A stretch of 64,000 nt of DNA from Trichoplax adhaerens (taxonomy: Eukaryota; Animalia; Placozoa), in contig NW_002060968.1 in the NCBI RefSeq assembly GCF_000150275.1, forward strand, positions 229,797-293,796, read 5' to 3'. The notes under the pieces are model-generated. The model did not search any database and was not told the DNA's origin. It saw only the letters and a list, made by a program, of their open reading frames with translations. Within the stretch, counting starts at the first letter, position 1, and every line of letters begins with the position of its first letter. This document shows, one piece after another, positions 1-14,608 of the stretch. The position numbers and the translations under genes are program-made.

Positions 1-3000
1 TCTTTCAATGTCATTTAAATTTACTTTATGAATTGAAATTATACAGAAATTAATTATATTACACAGGCTAAACAAAATTGAAACATATTTAAGCTATAAC
101 AGTAAATAGAGAATAGCAATCCATGTAGAAATTTAAATTCAACATTACTAGCGTTAAAGGCTAGGATTTGAGGCAGAATTTGGTAAAGATAGGTTTGTAA
201 AGTTATAATTTACTGTCATAATTATTTATTAACTATAGATCTATAACTAATTATAAGCCTAATTTATAATACTTTGGGTAGTGAATGTCCAACTATCATA
301 CGAGTATACCGTATAACTGTGATATGACTGTACGCGTTAATATCATTAAATGGAATTCAATCTGAAAACAGAGGAAGATAGTTCCTAAAAACTTAAATAC
401 ATTGTAATATAATTATTCGTACGAGCCAACATCTGATGAACCTTACAATAGACCTGAAATAGCAATTATGGCAATCAAGAATGCCCAGCCGAGGATAATC
501 TTTATGTTTAGCGTACCGTATCTGGCATAACTAGAATTTCACTTGCTCAAATTTGAAGCTGCCCAACCTAGTAGCATAGCCCATATAATAATAAATACAA
601 CTTCAATATACTGCAGTACAGTAGCAATAATGGGTATTAAAATAACCTGACAATAATCTTGACTATAAATTATGTTAAATTCTTGGCTTTTTACTTATCC
701 CATTTAAATAAACTGCTACTATCAGCTGGAAGCAAAATTCATCAAAATCAATAGACATAAGAAAATATCATAAAAGTTTATGTAAGTACATGAAATTATA
801 AATACTAATGACTATTGCTTTGCAATCTTTCCATACACATGCATACTTAATAGTCGGATAAAACACGTCATTTGATAAATAATACCTCTAATTGTCATCA
901 ATTCAAAAACGTTTCTATTTATTATGTAAACAGTACTAGTATCCATGAATTCTGTTATTCATTTTTCCATCTATAACATATACACTATGATATTAATAAC
1001 AAAATTGAAGGATTACTTTTGCTATCTACTAAACAATTGACTTATTTATTCATTAATACTATAAAAAATTGATTTATGTCATGAAGTAATTTATAAGAAA
1101 ATGAAAGCGTATATCATGGATGATCAAGCTACTACAATATGGTAATGATAACTGTTTGAAATGTCAATCTACTTTATTGATTGTTACCCTTGTGCTCCCA
1201 TTCCACTTATTACGTAATTAATGACTAGTAACACGTCAAAGTAAACATAGAGGTCGCTTTAGGAACGTGGAATCATAGCTAGGTAATATGATGTAATATA
1301 TGGAGTTGTCTTCATCTTAACTAAATAATCAAACTAAAAAATAAATTATCTAGTAATAGCATATATTCTGGATTAAACTCAATGCTAAAGAATTTTATAA
1401 ATTAACGTAAATCAAATCATAATTGAATTAAATAGCTGATTGGACTAAATAATAAGAATAATAGTATAATCTAAATAAGATTATTAATAACAAAGATAGA
1501 GAAAAAAAGAAATAAGTTTTGTCTTTCAATACTTTTAACAGAATATCCCACATATATTGTAATACCACTTTGCATGGCAAATTAGCAAAAAAACTAATAC
1601 ATATACTATTACTGGTAATTTCTTTTGATATAGTTTATAATTGTTTTATAGAATAATACTGCTATTAGAAATAGGCCATGCTAGCAATCATTTTATTGCT
1701 ATAACATTAATTCTTTGCCATCCATTCACGATATATCATTATTTATCGAAACACTTTATTTTAAAGTATTAATTTTACATCAGCGTATTCGCATATTGGT
1801 ATACAGTAAATATACAATTTTATATTTAAAATATTTCCCAAGGTGTATTGAGCATATAATGCAATAATAAAAGTACCTCTAAATAAATAAAAATATATGT
1901 TTTCCTCCTTCACGCTCTTCGAGTGTGAAGGGAATATGACTAGTATATAATGGCAAATTAATTTCATGAATAATTAAAAATATAGACTTAATTTTCGTCT
2001 GCATCTGCCAAAATCAGACATAAGAAAAAGATAGATGGGATGTCTTCCTCCCCTTCATTCTCTTTACTCTACTCTCATTTTTTTGTTCTAAAATAGATTT
2101 TGATATGTTAATGCCGTAAGAAAAAGTGATCTAAAACAATAGAGTATTTTAAACCGATAACAGGGTACGTTAACATTTTAATAGTTCTCAATTTTCAATT
2201 GCAATTGCATTCCATTAATAACTGTTGAAAAGAAGAAGCAGCAACTTAATTTCTATCAATTTAACAATTATACCTTAGAAATCTACAACAAAAACAACAT
2301 CTAGGAATATCGTATTGAAATAAATTTCTTCTAGTTGTCATCGATTTAATCTAAATACTTCGCAACTATCATCTAGTATCTTAATTCAATCTATCTAATA
2401 GTTATTCATGGGCTTATTCATTATTTCATAAAGAATTTAAGCTTTCAAATTATAATTATTAATGTCAAAAATAATTCTATTACTTTATCTGGACCTATTA
2501 GTATTTAAGCAAATGCTTTATTCTAGGATTCAATAGAATAGTTAAATTCAAATCATTGAATATTAATATTATATTTGAAGAATTGTAGGATACTAAAGAA
2601 GAAATCTAAATTTTAATTGTCATCCTAGTCAATAGAATAGAGACAGTATTATGTTATGTACGTATTAAGTATAGTATATATGTATATCAATGTATCCTAC
2701 ACTGTAATACAGGAGTATAATAATTCATTAGTATGCTTAGATTAGCAACAACATTTATATAACATTTAATTTTGATGCACATCAGTTAAATTTTTTAACA
2801 GTTGGCTACTATATCTAAATAAATACTTAAATTGTTAGTATAGACCATAGTTAGTTGTTAAATTAGCATTTTAAAAAGTTTACTTTTTTGGCTCATAAAA
2901 TATCAAGACATTATCTGTATTGGCTAGGGATTTAGGATAGCTTACTAAACCAAATTTAGGAAGGAACAGCTTCATAAACGCGAATCAAGAGTATTATACA

Positions 3001-6000
3001 AATGCTAAAAATCCAGTTGGATCATCTTGAAGGTAAGAATATTAGCTATCCAATTAGATGAAATAAAAATTTTCGGGGTCTATGGAGTGTAATGATCAAA
3101 TTAAAAAGCCGCATAGATATAAAAGTGGTAATTTATGATGAATTAAAAATGCTTACTCAAGTGGTAGTTAAAAATGACATTTTTTATACAGCATTATTTT
3201 AACTTCTTTATTTATGAAACAGCTCTTGCATATAATTATCATCTTGGGATAAGTAAAAATAACTGTGAAATAAGTTTAAAATTAGACTAGCATAGGATAC
3301 TAATCATATATACCTTAATAATGAGTCCAAATAGGCTTAGTACACTAATAGAATAGCTAAAACCAAATCTTTTTTGAAATTATGTTTTATCTTAAGTTAT
3401 AAAACGGCAGTAGATGTTACGGTACAGTTTCTGAGTATCAGGAAGATATAGCTATAAGGATATCAAAAATATAATTCGTAGATAATTTAATTTAGACTAT
3501 TTAATAATAAATTTAGTATCAACTTTAGTTGATCAATAATACAAGTAGGGGGGGCCCAGGAATCATAATTGATATTACTAACAACTTAAAATTTTTATTT
3601 TAGAGTAAACTGACATACGAAATAGTGTCTACCCTACCATAACTTTACATAATGAGCAATTTCAAGACACATTTACTATTATCCGAAGAAAATCACTCTT
3701 GCATATTAGAAATATAATATATCTGTTGGAGATTGATTCATGATCGCCCATGGTATAATAGACAATAAAATTATTTGATGTTAAAAGAAAATATGGCTAT
3801 TCGACAGACATTAATAAATTTACCTTCAACAGCTTTAGTAGAGTTTTCTAGCTCGCATAACCAATTTATGTCATACCTTAGTTAAGTCATTCTAAAATAA
3901 AATAACCGATATTAAAAATAGCTAATCGATAGCACTAAATTTGATTAACTAGTTGTCCATTAGGACAATCATATATCCGAGATTAATGAGGAAATGAAAT
4001 TACGGTTTACTCCATTTCTTTGATTGTAAATTCTGCTTTGACTTAAAGATGAGACTGTATTTTATAAAGTTAGCAAAGGATTTATTACGGCTACACTTAT
4101 CTTCGACAACTTAAGAATTATTTGCAATAGCCGCCTTTTGCGATATCAAGCTAGATCGATTAGAAGCATTACTAGCCACGTTCTTGATCTAGAATTCTTT
4201 CGGCCCTGCATGACAATTAAGCAAATTTCATGATGGAGAATTGAAATGTTTTGTTCAAATTAGACAGTTTAATGAAGCAATATTGTTATTAAAGTATATT
4301 ATTTAATCGTATTTGCTGTGATATGTGCATAGCTATATATAGAAATAGTTGCCTGGTAAATAGATAATAAGGAGTTGATTATATGTATAGGGAACGATGG
4401 ATAGCAGAAAATGGAGCACATCAGAGTATAAAGAGAAGCATTACTTCAACAGATCTAGTGATTATTAACAAATTCATGTAGGACATAGTATTGGTAGCCT
4501 GTAATTTCAAGCAAATATGCATATCATCGTAGTAGATTTAAACACTGAAATTCTAACTGGAATAATCGGCACAAAGGTTTAAAAGTATTCAGCACAGAAG
4601 CAAGTCAGCTTTAAGAAAGCAATTATCATCATTTGGAGTAAAGTGCACGACTTTCTGCTGAAATTACCTAACCAACGCATAACTAATATTAACTGAGCCC
4701 AAAAATATGCTTAAAATAAATTTAGATAACTAAATTGTAAATCCCTCCGGTGCAATTATCGACATTGTCTCCCTAAGCGTGATCCTAGAATTGAAATAGA
4801 TTAGCTATACAGTTACATTACCCTTCAGTTTTATTTACTAATATTGATTAAGATTTGCTCTGGGAACAAATGAACAAATAAACTACTATAACATCATTTA
4901 GTTTATTTTATTGTTACGACGATGGCGAATGATTTTATGCAATAGCACTTTTAAAAGCATTTTATTGTCATATGGATGTCCTTTCCGATTTCACCAAGAA
5001 TATGGAAACAAGAATTAGACAGTAAATAAACAATGTCATATCTACATTGAATCGGCTCTTATAGCATAGTGTATAGTCCAGCACATTTGGTCAATATTGA
5101 AAAAATTTTGATTGAAAAAAGAATGACTGCATTTGCTGTTCATGCGATAGTCTATCAAGATATTTACCTTCCGTAATAAAGTACTTCCTTGACTTTGAAA
5201 AACTGACTTAACAGCGTCATTTATTAAAGCAATTCATAAAATTTTAAGTAAAATAGGCACTAAATTTTTTATTTATTTTAGCATTATCCGGTTCAAATGA
5301 CAACATGATTGAAAGCATAACAGGTTCCTATTTAAGATCTATTAAATTCGTTGCGTGTAAAGAGTAACTTCGAACAAAATATGAGTCATGATGTAAAAGT
5401 TAATTTAAGACGAAACGGAAGAATATTAATTATTGGCAAAAATAAGTTGTCAGAGTAGTTAAGCTTCTTACAGTACTCCATTAGACAATTTAAGAATAAT
5501 CATTGGCTATATTTATTTTCATTTCATCCTTATCATTTGTAAGGTACTATGGATATCTTCAAATATAGCCAAACAAGTTTTTATCCAAACCTAATTAGAA
5601 TCTTTCCAATCCATCGTATTGTGCAGATGATTATTTGCATCTTAGTGCTAATAAATCATCTGCAGTAGAGTTAATATATTGGCACAAATGATTGATTTGA
5701 TCGATTAGAACTATAAGACCATCAATAATAGTACTGTATTTTAACTAATCCAGCCTATGGAAAAGGGCAAAATTGAACAAATGTGAATTTTACTTGGTAT
5801 TGCTATTACTATCGCTAATCGAAAAATATTCTCACAGTAGTCATTTCGTGAATCTTTCACCATAGGATTATAGTAATACAATCTCTCCCAACTCTCAGCT
5901 ATTCTTACCTGCAGGTGTAAAAATCATTTAAATTTAGATCTTATACTCATTTAGTCATCTTAATTAAACATTATCCAATTAATATACGCCTAAAGTGCTC

Positions 6001-8589
6001 ACGTAGCAATTATGAATAGCCATTAAAATTTTATAACCATGTGATTACATAAAAATGCTTCTAAGCATTGCTATGTAAATCTGAGAGTATTGAAGAAATC
6101 TCATCAGATGAATAGGAGCACCCTAAATTCGATCTACTACATCATTCTTGTAGATTAACTAACAAGTTCGAATCAATTTTTTATATCCAATCAATTAATG
6201 CAGCGATAATAGTAAGTAACTTACCAGCCCTTCTGAATGACTAACGTCGTACCTATATTTACGGCATAAATTAATAAATACCAGAATTGTTGGCACCATT
6301 AATTCTTAATCATCGATCAATTCTATTTTAATATCATTATTTTCTCACAAAACTTTTATTTGATTTTGATCAAGAAGCTCTTTTCTATTTTAGTTGAGAA
6401 GATGTTAGAGAATTTTGTTAATATCAAGAGATTACAATCACATTAAAAGATTTGATATGAATATTGGCAAGCAGACCTGGATAAACATCAGTCAATCGAG
6501 TTCTGATGGTACTATTGAGTTTTTAACTTAATAGACTATAGCGATGAGGATATGGAATTATTTTCGATTGTCATGCAATCATATATAAGAATGTAATGAT
6601 TCAGAAGATAGTAAGCGATATCATCCGATTTTAGAAGGTATTTTTTTTTTATTTGCTAGCTTACAGCGCAAAATTCTGTTCATGTTGAAGAATCATTACA
6701 GATATTCATGACTAAATAATAGTAACAACCCTACAGAAATGTTTCTAGTTGAGCTTGCCGACAAAGTTTGCATAGCCCCATTTCCATCAGTTAAAGTAAA
6801 TTAAAGGGGACTTCAGCGCGATTTATCATAGTCTGTTACTTAGCTACTTGAAGAATATAACGATAACTTATGGTTAATATTTAAACAGTGCTTTACATTT
6901 TGTACAGGGTGCAAAAGAGATTTTATATTTCGCTAATTTATATTGGAACTGTAGCTACTAGCTAATGATCATACACGAGCGCATTTAGGCTAAAATGCGG
7001 TTATTCTTAGCAGGATTCCGTCTTTAGTACCTAGTAAATTATGCCAAAATAGATCACAGCTGAAGAATATAAGAACACAGATATCATAGGAATGATTTTC
7101 TATTAATGTTCGTTCACGAGCGGCTTAGAACGATATTAATGTTTGCAGAAATTAGGTGAAGGATATCAAATATGGATCGTTGAACTATTCTCCTATTTAC
7201 CGGCTTCAAAAACTGATCATTTCATTTACGCTAGCATAGTGAAATGGAAAGCTCTCAATCTCTATGCTATATTTCCACAAATCGCATGAAAATAATTTTG
7301 CTAAATGATCATTATGGCTTGATCTTGTGCCTTGTTACGATGATGATCGAGAAGAAGAACAGTAGCTGTGATATTGAATCATTACCCTAACATTTCTCAT
7401 TTTACTTGAAGAATCATTCAGTATTTCAATTTATTGGGTAAAAATTTCTGACCCAGCGATCGTTGAAATCGCTTAGAAATTTAAACATAGTAAAAGAATG
7501 TTCTTACAGATAATACGATCATATTTCCTTTCAAATTTCTTATGCAAGAAAGGACAACAGCCTCCAATATCAGTTTACAACGACAATATCATTATTTATG
7601 AAATTGGAGGCTGATTAAGTAACTACAGAATTTCTGTCATCTTTCATTGAATTGCTCTGTAGGAATATCGATGAAGAAATATTTGATTGGCAGAGTTCTA
7701 CCTCCTTTCATTTTGAATTGTAACATTAATTGGGGCTATTCCTATCTTGTGATCAAGAATTCGATAAAATACTATCTTTGTCTAAATGGCTTGAGGGATA
7801 GAAAATCGGTTTTGCATAAAAGCTTCCATCTATGAAATGATTACCCATACAAAGACTCGATTCATTGACTATGAAATCTGTTCCATAAATAACCATGAAA
7901 TATTGGAACTTTTCATCGGCTGAGAAAAATAGCGAAAGGCTATCAATGTAAAGCGAATGTAGATGGTGAAATAAATAACTATCAGTTAGTCTTTCATTGA
8001 CAGCAAATATTTCAATTTCACTTTATTGCAAGTTAGAAAATGAAATGAAGAATTGCTATCCCAGACTAATGCCTTTATGATGAGAAAGAAAAGGAAATTC
8101 TATTACAATTTCATAGCACAAATCCAGCCTTGAATCAGTAAAAACTAATATTATTTTTATCCTTGAGCGAAGAATGTTTTCTTGTTGCCATTCTTAACAG
8201 CTAAAATAACTTAAAGGAAGGATTATTGATGACCTTGTCAATCTTTCATTAGAGAATGAAATACTATCGGAGTGGCCTTCATTTAAATTGCTATCCTTCA
8301 CAAGGAAATACCTAAGAATAAGGTTATCCAGCAGTTTTACCCTGTAGCCATGCAATCCTAACATAGCTGATGTCATTTATTACCCTCTTTATTCTTGTCA
8401 GCTCTTGCTTTCCGATGGATGTAATTATTGACACCAATTGATTCGATTGCTACCGCATACCTTCTTGTAGTCCTTCCTTGATTGCTGCAATGACAGACAT
8501 TAAGCAATTTTGTTTGCATCACAAAATTGTTGCAATCTATTATCAATAGATGAAGTTATTCGTTGTGCAAATTAATATGATTTAGTTAG

Positions 8590-9960
8590 GCAAGTATCCT
8601 TGTCATCCTTTGCTTAAAGATGGAATTATCAGCGTAAATCAATTTTAATGGTGGCTCTAAGCTATATTCATTTAATATTCCACCAATAGAGGGTGTTAAA
8701 TGAATTAATCCACATTTATTTGTTACAATGTGTAAATATTCTTGTAATCTTTGACAGAGAACCGGAATCATGAACGTAGATCCATTTTATTTGTAACTGA
8801 TAACCACTATTCTTGTAATCTTCCTCTAACAGATGATATTATTAGAGTTAGAAACTAATAGAGCTGTGACAGTCAATCCATTTTTATTCCCTACTGTAGA
8901 TCAATGTTCTTTTAATCTTTCACAGATAGATAGAACTTAATCTACTTGATTTATTACTATCATATGTATTCCTATAGTCTTTCGCAGAGAGATGGAATCG
9001 TCAGTGTACAGTAAGTCAATTTTAATGGTGGTTGCAAGCTATATTTATATAATTTTTCACTAGCAGAGAGATGTTACTAGAATGACTCCACTTTTATTTT
9101 TACAGTACGCCATTATTCTTGTAATCTTTCATAGAGAAATGGAATCTTGAACTTAAATCAATTTTATTAGTAGCTATCAGCAACTATTTTTGTAATCTTT
9201 CACTAGCAGATGATATTATTAGAGTTAATCTCTAGCAAGCTGTTCAAGTCGATCCATTTTATTCGCTATTGCACAGAAATATTCTTGTAATCTTTCACAG
9301 TAAAATGGGATTTAATCCACTCTCGTTGTTACCTCACCCAAGTATTCTTGTAATCTTTAAGAGAAAGATGGAGTTTAATTCACTCTCGTTGCTACCTCAC
9401 CCAAGTATTCTAGTAATCTTTCCCTGAAAGATGGGATTAAATCCATTTTCGTTGTTACCTCATCCCAGTATTATTGCAATCTTTCCCTGAAAGATGGGAT
9501 TTAATCCACTTTCGTTGTTACCTTACGCAAGTATTCTTGTAGTCTTTCAAAGAGAAATAGAATCATCAGCGTAAATCAGATGTATTCATTACTATGGGCA
9601 AATATTCTTGTAATCATTCACAGAGGCATGAATTATTAGCGTAAATCAATTTCATTTGCAACTGTCAGTATATATTCTTGCAATCTTTTAATAGCCGAAG
9701 CTGCTATTAGAATTTATTTATTTCATATGTAATTAGGCACAAAGATTTATTGTATTCTTTCACTCACAGATGATATTATTAGAGTCAGCGACTAGTAAAG
9801 CTATTCGAGTTGATCTATTTTATTGGCTACTAGAATCAAATATTCGTGTAATTTTTAATGGAGATGGGATCCCAAGCACACATCAATTTCATCACCCCTA
9901 CAGTCCAACATTCTTGCACCCTTTAACGAATAAATGAAATCGTCAACATAAATCGATTAG
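8590..9960 (-). repeat. Degenerate tandem repeat (63-75 bp units), probably the remnant of a repeat-protein exon
   Basis: The core TATTCTTGTAATCTTT(C)ACAGA..GATGGAATC recurs more than 15 times. An exact 63-bp period is visible at 9341/9404/9467/9530. On the minus strand one frame repeatedly reads IPSxxERLQEYLxxVxxKxD (e.g. ORF 8586..8771 IPVLCQRLQEYLHIVTNK), but with many stop codons. Confidence 0.7.
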
Positions 9961-12900
9961 TGCTACAAAAAACTTTTGTCATCTCTAGCACTTAATTACT
10001 GATAGATAGAAATATCGACTTTACTCCATTTCGTGAATGCCACTCTAAATCTATTCACGGATACCCTAGCTATCTTTTTAATTTCTGGCATTTAACTTCA
10101 AACAGATGAAATTATCGGAATAAATCATCCTTAAAACGTTCGTTTGGACTTCATCGTAATCCACCAACTCGGAAGCAAACTGCATGATAAGAGTGTATCA
10201 CCTTCTGAATTTGGCCTTAAAAGAGTATTGTCATTACTCTAATACTATAAACTCATCATTAAATCAATTACTAAGGATAATCCAATTCCTATCGGCATCA
10301 CAAGTTTAACTGCTAGTGGCCTCTACCTTCAATAACATGCAATATTGCAATCCCACCGTGCAACAGTCTATCGTTCTAGCGTCATAAAAAAAATATTGCC
10401 AGTAAATTGCCTGGAGCATATTTGAAAGTTAGAATTTATTGTTTCAAAATGAAATAAAACAGTAAAGGTTCAATAGTAATTTTAAGAAACTTGAATAATA
10501 TCTTTTATTGAAAGCAGTCTGTTGTAAAGCCAAGAGAATATCATGGATAGGAATGCCATTTTCATAGCAAACAGTTTACTAATGTGTTTTTGATCATGAC
10601 TGATTTCACTATACCTAATTCTCATGGCTCCCTTTCATTCTTTACCGGTACAAAGGATCCCTTTGAAAATGGTTGTATAAAAGCCAAGTTCGAAAATCGA
10701 AAACACTAGGCTTTGTACACGGAATTGTTACCCTAGGCTAGTCCTATTTACTACTCTGCTTGCAGATTCTATCTTGCCCTTTCTCATTCAACAAAATGTA
10801 CGCAATTACCTTGCCAACACTTTAATGATTAGAATAATAATCAGCTAACATTGTCTCTTTCTTTGCTGCATGCTTTATTCCTAAATTGTTCACCTCTCAG
10901 TTAGTCAGTTAGTATACTTTGACTTGCAGAAACGACGACTGGCTTATCCGGCTAGAGCCTTCCTCAGTTATGGGAAAATCTGTAAATCAATAATCGAATC
11001 TACAGTAATTGAAATAAATCAATTCCCTGAAAACTGTTTACCATGATCATTTAGGCTAATCATGCTGAGCTGTTGTACTTGCCAATATCATTATTTGTCG
11101 AAATAATTAAGTTCCAATTCAGTTATGCAACCGTTTCTACTACATAGTCATTTCAGTCGCTTCTATCACTCTTTCATTTGTGGATAATTTTATCTGGCAT
11201 ATTTCTCCATCATAGTTTTATTCTGATATCAAGGTGATAGCATCCATCTTTACAAAGTCCCACAAAAAGTTCTACAATCACTTACAGCACTCAACTTTTA
11301 ATTTCTTCGACTCCACAAAATTGATTATGGAAAACTTTTTTGTAAAAGTTAACCAATAATCCGCTGCCATATCAAGCAGTAAAAATTGAAAGTGTAATCC
11401 ATACAAGTTAGATTCCCTATTAAATTACATCCAAAACAATCTAGGCTTTACGTATTGAATCTTAGCTGCGCTGATAGTGACTTTAGTCAAGTTTAAAAAT
11501 CGTTTCCTTAACTGGAATCCATATTCTTACTTTTCCTTATATAATGTCATAAAATTGGAACCCAAATGTAATTCGTATACCGCAATTTTAACTCAGTGTA
11601 ACGTCTGCCCTTAATATGGGCTATTAATAATCAGAAGACAACTACTAATAGAAGTTAAGAACTAACATTACTTCATATACGATTAAAACTGGCAAAACAT
11701 CTTCTGCTACCTTCTCAATAACTATAGCTTCCTACTTTACTAGTATATAGCGATTATCGACACCCGTATGTATTTTAGTTAAGAACGAGATAATAACCGT
11801 CAAGACATTGAAGATAGATATCTCGACTTATATAAGATATCCTATACTAACGTTAACAGTTATTTAATTTAGTTAATTCACCTTGCTAATGTTGCAGTAT
11901 TCTCATGATTAATAAATAGCCAATTCGTATAGCCCTTTCTTTAGGCATAATATATTAACAGAAATCAACCATAAGATCTAATTACATTGATGGTGTACGG
12001 GTCTTTCATCAATTTTGTCGGTAATTGAGGTAGATAAGAATTCCCTTATAGTGTAGGATTCTTTAAAGAAACTTTTAGCTTCTATATGATTATCACGATC
12101 ACTTATCACTAACTTTATAGTGTTGGTATACCTTAAAAGGTTTAAAATCAATGATTTTGGTAAAATTAATCATCACTAAAATAGATAGTTATGTTACGGT
12201 ACCAAATTGAGGGATAATTTCTTTCCAAATATTACCGGCCCGGATATAATAGTATCCGGGTTTTACTCAACTCATCTTATTATCAATCTCTATATCAATA
12301 TTAGCATAGTTTACTGTCGGAAAAATTGGCAATTAGATTAACTTATTTTTTCAAGTATGCATTTACCTAAAATGACCTCTGCCTGTTAAAAATTTAAGAT
12401 CTTTATTACCCTATTAATCATCGAGTTACCATAGGCTAATATAATTATATCCATTGAATTCATTCGCCGGATCACTATATTTGCACAACTAAGCTATAGT
12501 ATTCCTTCTCATTAATATTCCGTCGTGAGTCCAAATATTCCGCATATTCCACATCTCATTGCACCTTGGACCTTCTTTTTGTTTCGAATGCTGGCTGAAT
12601 GGATCGCTATTTTACTTTATTGTAACTAATGATTGGTATTTCTCTTTTATGCTCCATCCTCACTACCAATTAATTGGTATGATGCACTTACTATTGCACC
12701 TGGCTCCTCTTTTTATTCCAAATGTTAGTCACATTAAGTTGCGGTCTTAATTTATGTATGAATGCTCAAAGATGTCTCTTTCTAACTAATTACCCGCCAT
12801 TAGTGTAAAACATTCTTTCTTAAATTTTTTCTAGTCTAAGAACAAAGTAAACAAACTCGTTGCATTTATCATTGATTTTTACATGTTCCCCAAATGCTGC

Positions 12901-14608
12901 ATATTCTATACATCGTAAATATTTGGATATTCTGGGGTTTTAAAAATTCGCTTAATTTAAATCATCATGATAATATATGAACAGTCACCGATAAAAATTT
13001 CTCTGTAAGTCTGATATCTTCCACATGTTCTATACATCTTTGCACTTTGGATCTATTTTATTCTGTTTCTAAATACCGGCTAAGCAATCTCTATTTATAA
13101 TGTTAATCAATTGTAGCTTGAAATCAAGTATGATTAAATATTTAACATTATTTAATCTACACTCATCAAAATAAATAATAATATTATGCTTGATTGCTTA
13201 TGGGTATAGATGATAAATTCAGTGTAAATTGCAGCCATTGATACATTATCAGTAACTAGTGAATAAAAGAAATAAGTAGAATACATATAGAATTTACATC
13301 CTTATAATATTGATCTTTATAATTATAAATAGTATAGAAACTACCTTGATCAGTCTTGTATTAGCCAGAATGACATAGAAAATGGCTTCAATTCAATGTT
13401 GAATCGGTGTTTTTAAACTTTATCTACAGTAAATTTCCTTTTTGTCAGACAAGGTTCAAGTGAATAGCTTACTAAATTATTTACAATTTTACGCATTACT
13501 GTTTATTCATTATCGTGAGGATACTTGCTGCAAGAATAGCGGTTCGCGTGATCCTTTTTGCATTCATAAGGTTAAAAAGGACCAAGATAGCCCCAAAGCG
13601 TGACTAATTGTGGAATTAAGGACAAAGAATCGACCCGTATACGATTTCATACGGATGCTACATTTTGAAGGAATAAGCAATTCGAATTTGTTCACTCTAC
13701 AGGACTCTTAACTCTCATAGGATAGTAAAACTGTTTCATTTGATGCGGACAGCAATTCCAGATGGGTATTCAAATAGTATTGATGACAAAATCTTATTAC
13801 ATTATTGATTGGTAAATTTAAAATATATTCCCTTGATATTTAAAACTTTTATTAATTTATAATTTTTGTATGACTCTTTAACGATGAATATTGACATAGA
13901 TCAAATGACGCTTGATAGGATTATAATAAATTCGTAAAATGAGTCATTAGCTGATAAATTAAAATTGAGATCGAGAAATTACTTTCTACAAAAAAGATAA
14001 AATGTTAGTCAAGATCTGTTCTAATTATAGGCCAATTTCATTATCCTATGCGAAAAATACTTCAGTTTGAATGGAGATAATTTTAGTATATCAATGATTG
14101 GTCACAATTGTAAGTAGTATTAATAAACCCAATATCAACTTGTACAGTATAATCTTGAGGGGACTAGGTTATGTTCTTGTCCAGACTGTATAAGCAATAT
14201 CCGTCATAATAATATTTATTTACAAGCCCACTTCCTATGGCAAAGACTGTTTTAGAAATATCATTGTTACTATATTATAATACCATTTTATCATTATTGA
14301 CTTAAATACATTAACTTCACCTTATCAACTGATCTAAGCTTATATTTTGTTGATTACTTTTAGCCTATAATTAATTCATGTATTTTTTTATTTAAATCCA
14401 TGGCTGAAAATAGATCCAGTAGCAAGGCTAGATTAAAATAACATAGTAATTGGTCAACATTTATCTAGCCAAGTAACCAACAACGTTGGCCAATCGATTA
14501 TCGATATTGATTTACCGTGCAAGGAATAAAAGGAATCGAGCCAATTGTTACATCTTTCAATTTAATTTTTAAGCTATCGGTTCATGTTGGAAAAGTAATA
14601 TAGGCATC

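Noticed and set aside
1-8500. Short ORFs (1761..1967, 7647..7835, 8194..8376) and possible RNA genes
   Set aside because: No recognisable motifs or consistent splice structure. I could not see any tRNA, rRNA or transposase signature anywhere in the window.
12239-12265. CCCGGATA-taatag-TATCCGGG-TTTT hairpin resembling an intrinsic terminator or Helitron 3' end
   Set aside because: Eukaryotic context, no CTRR end, and no associated gene or second copy in the window.
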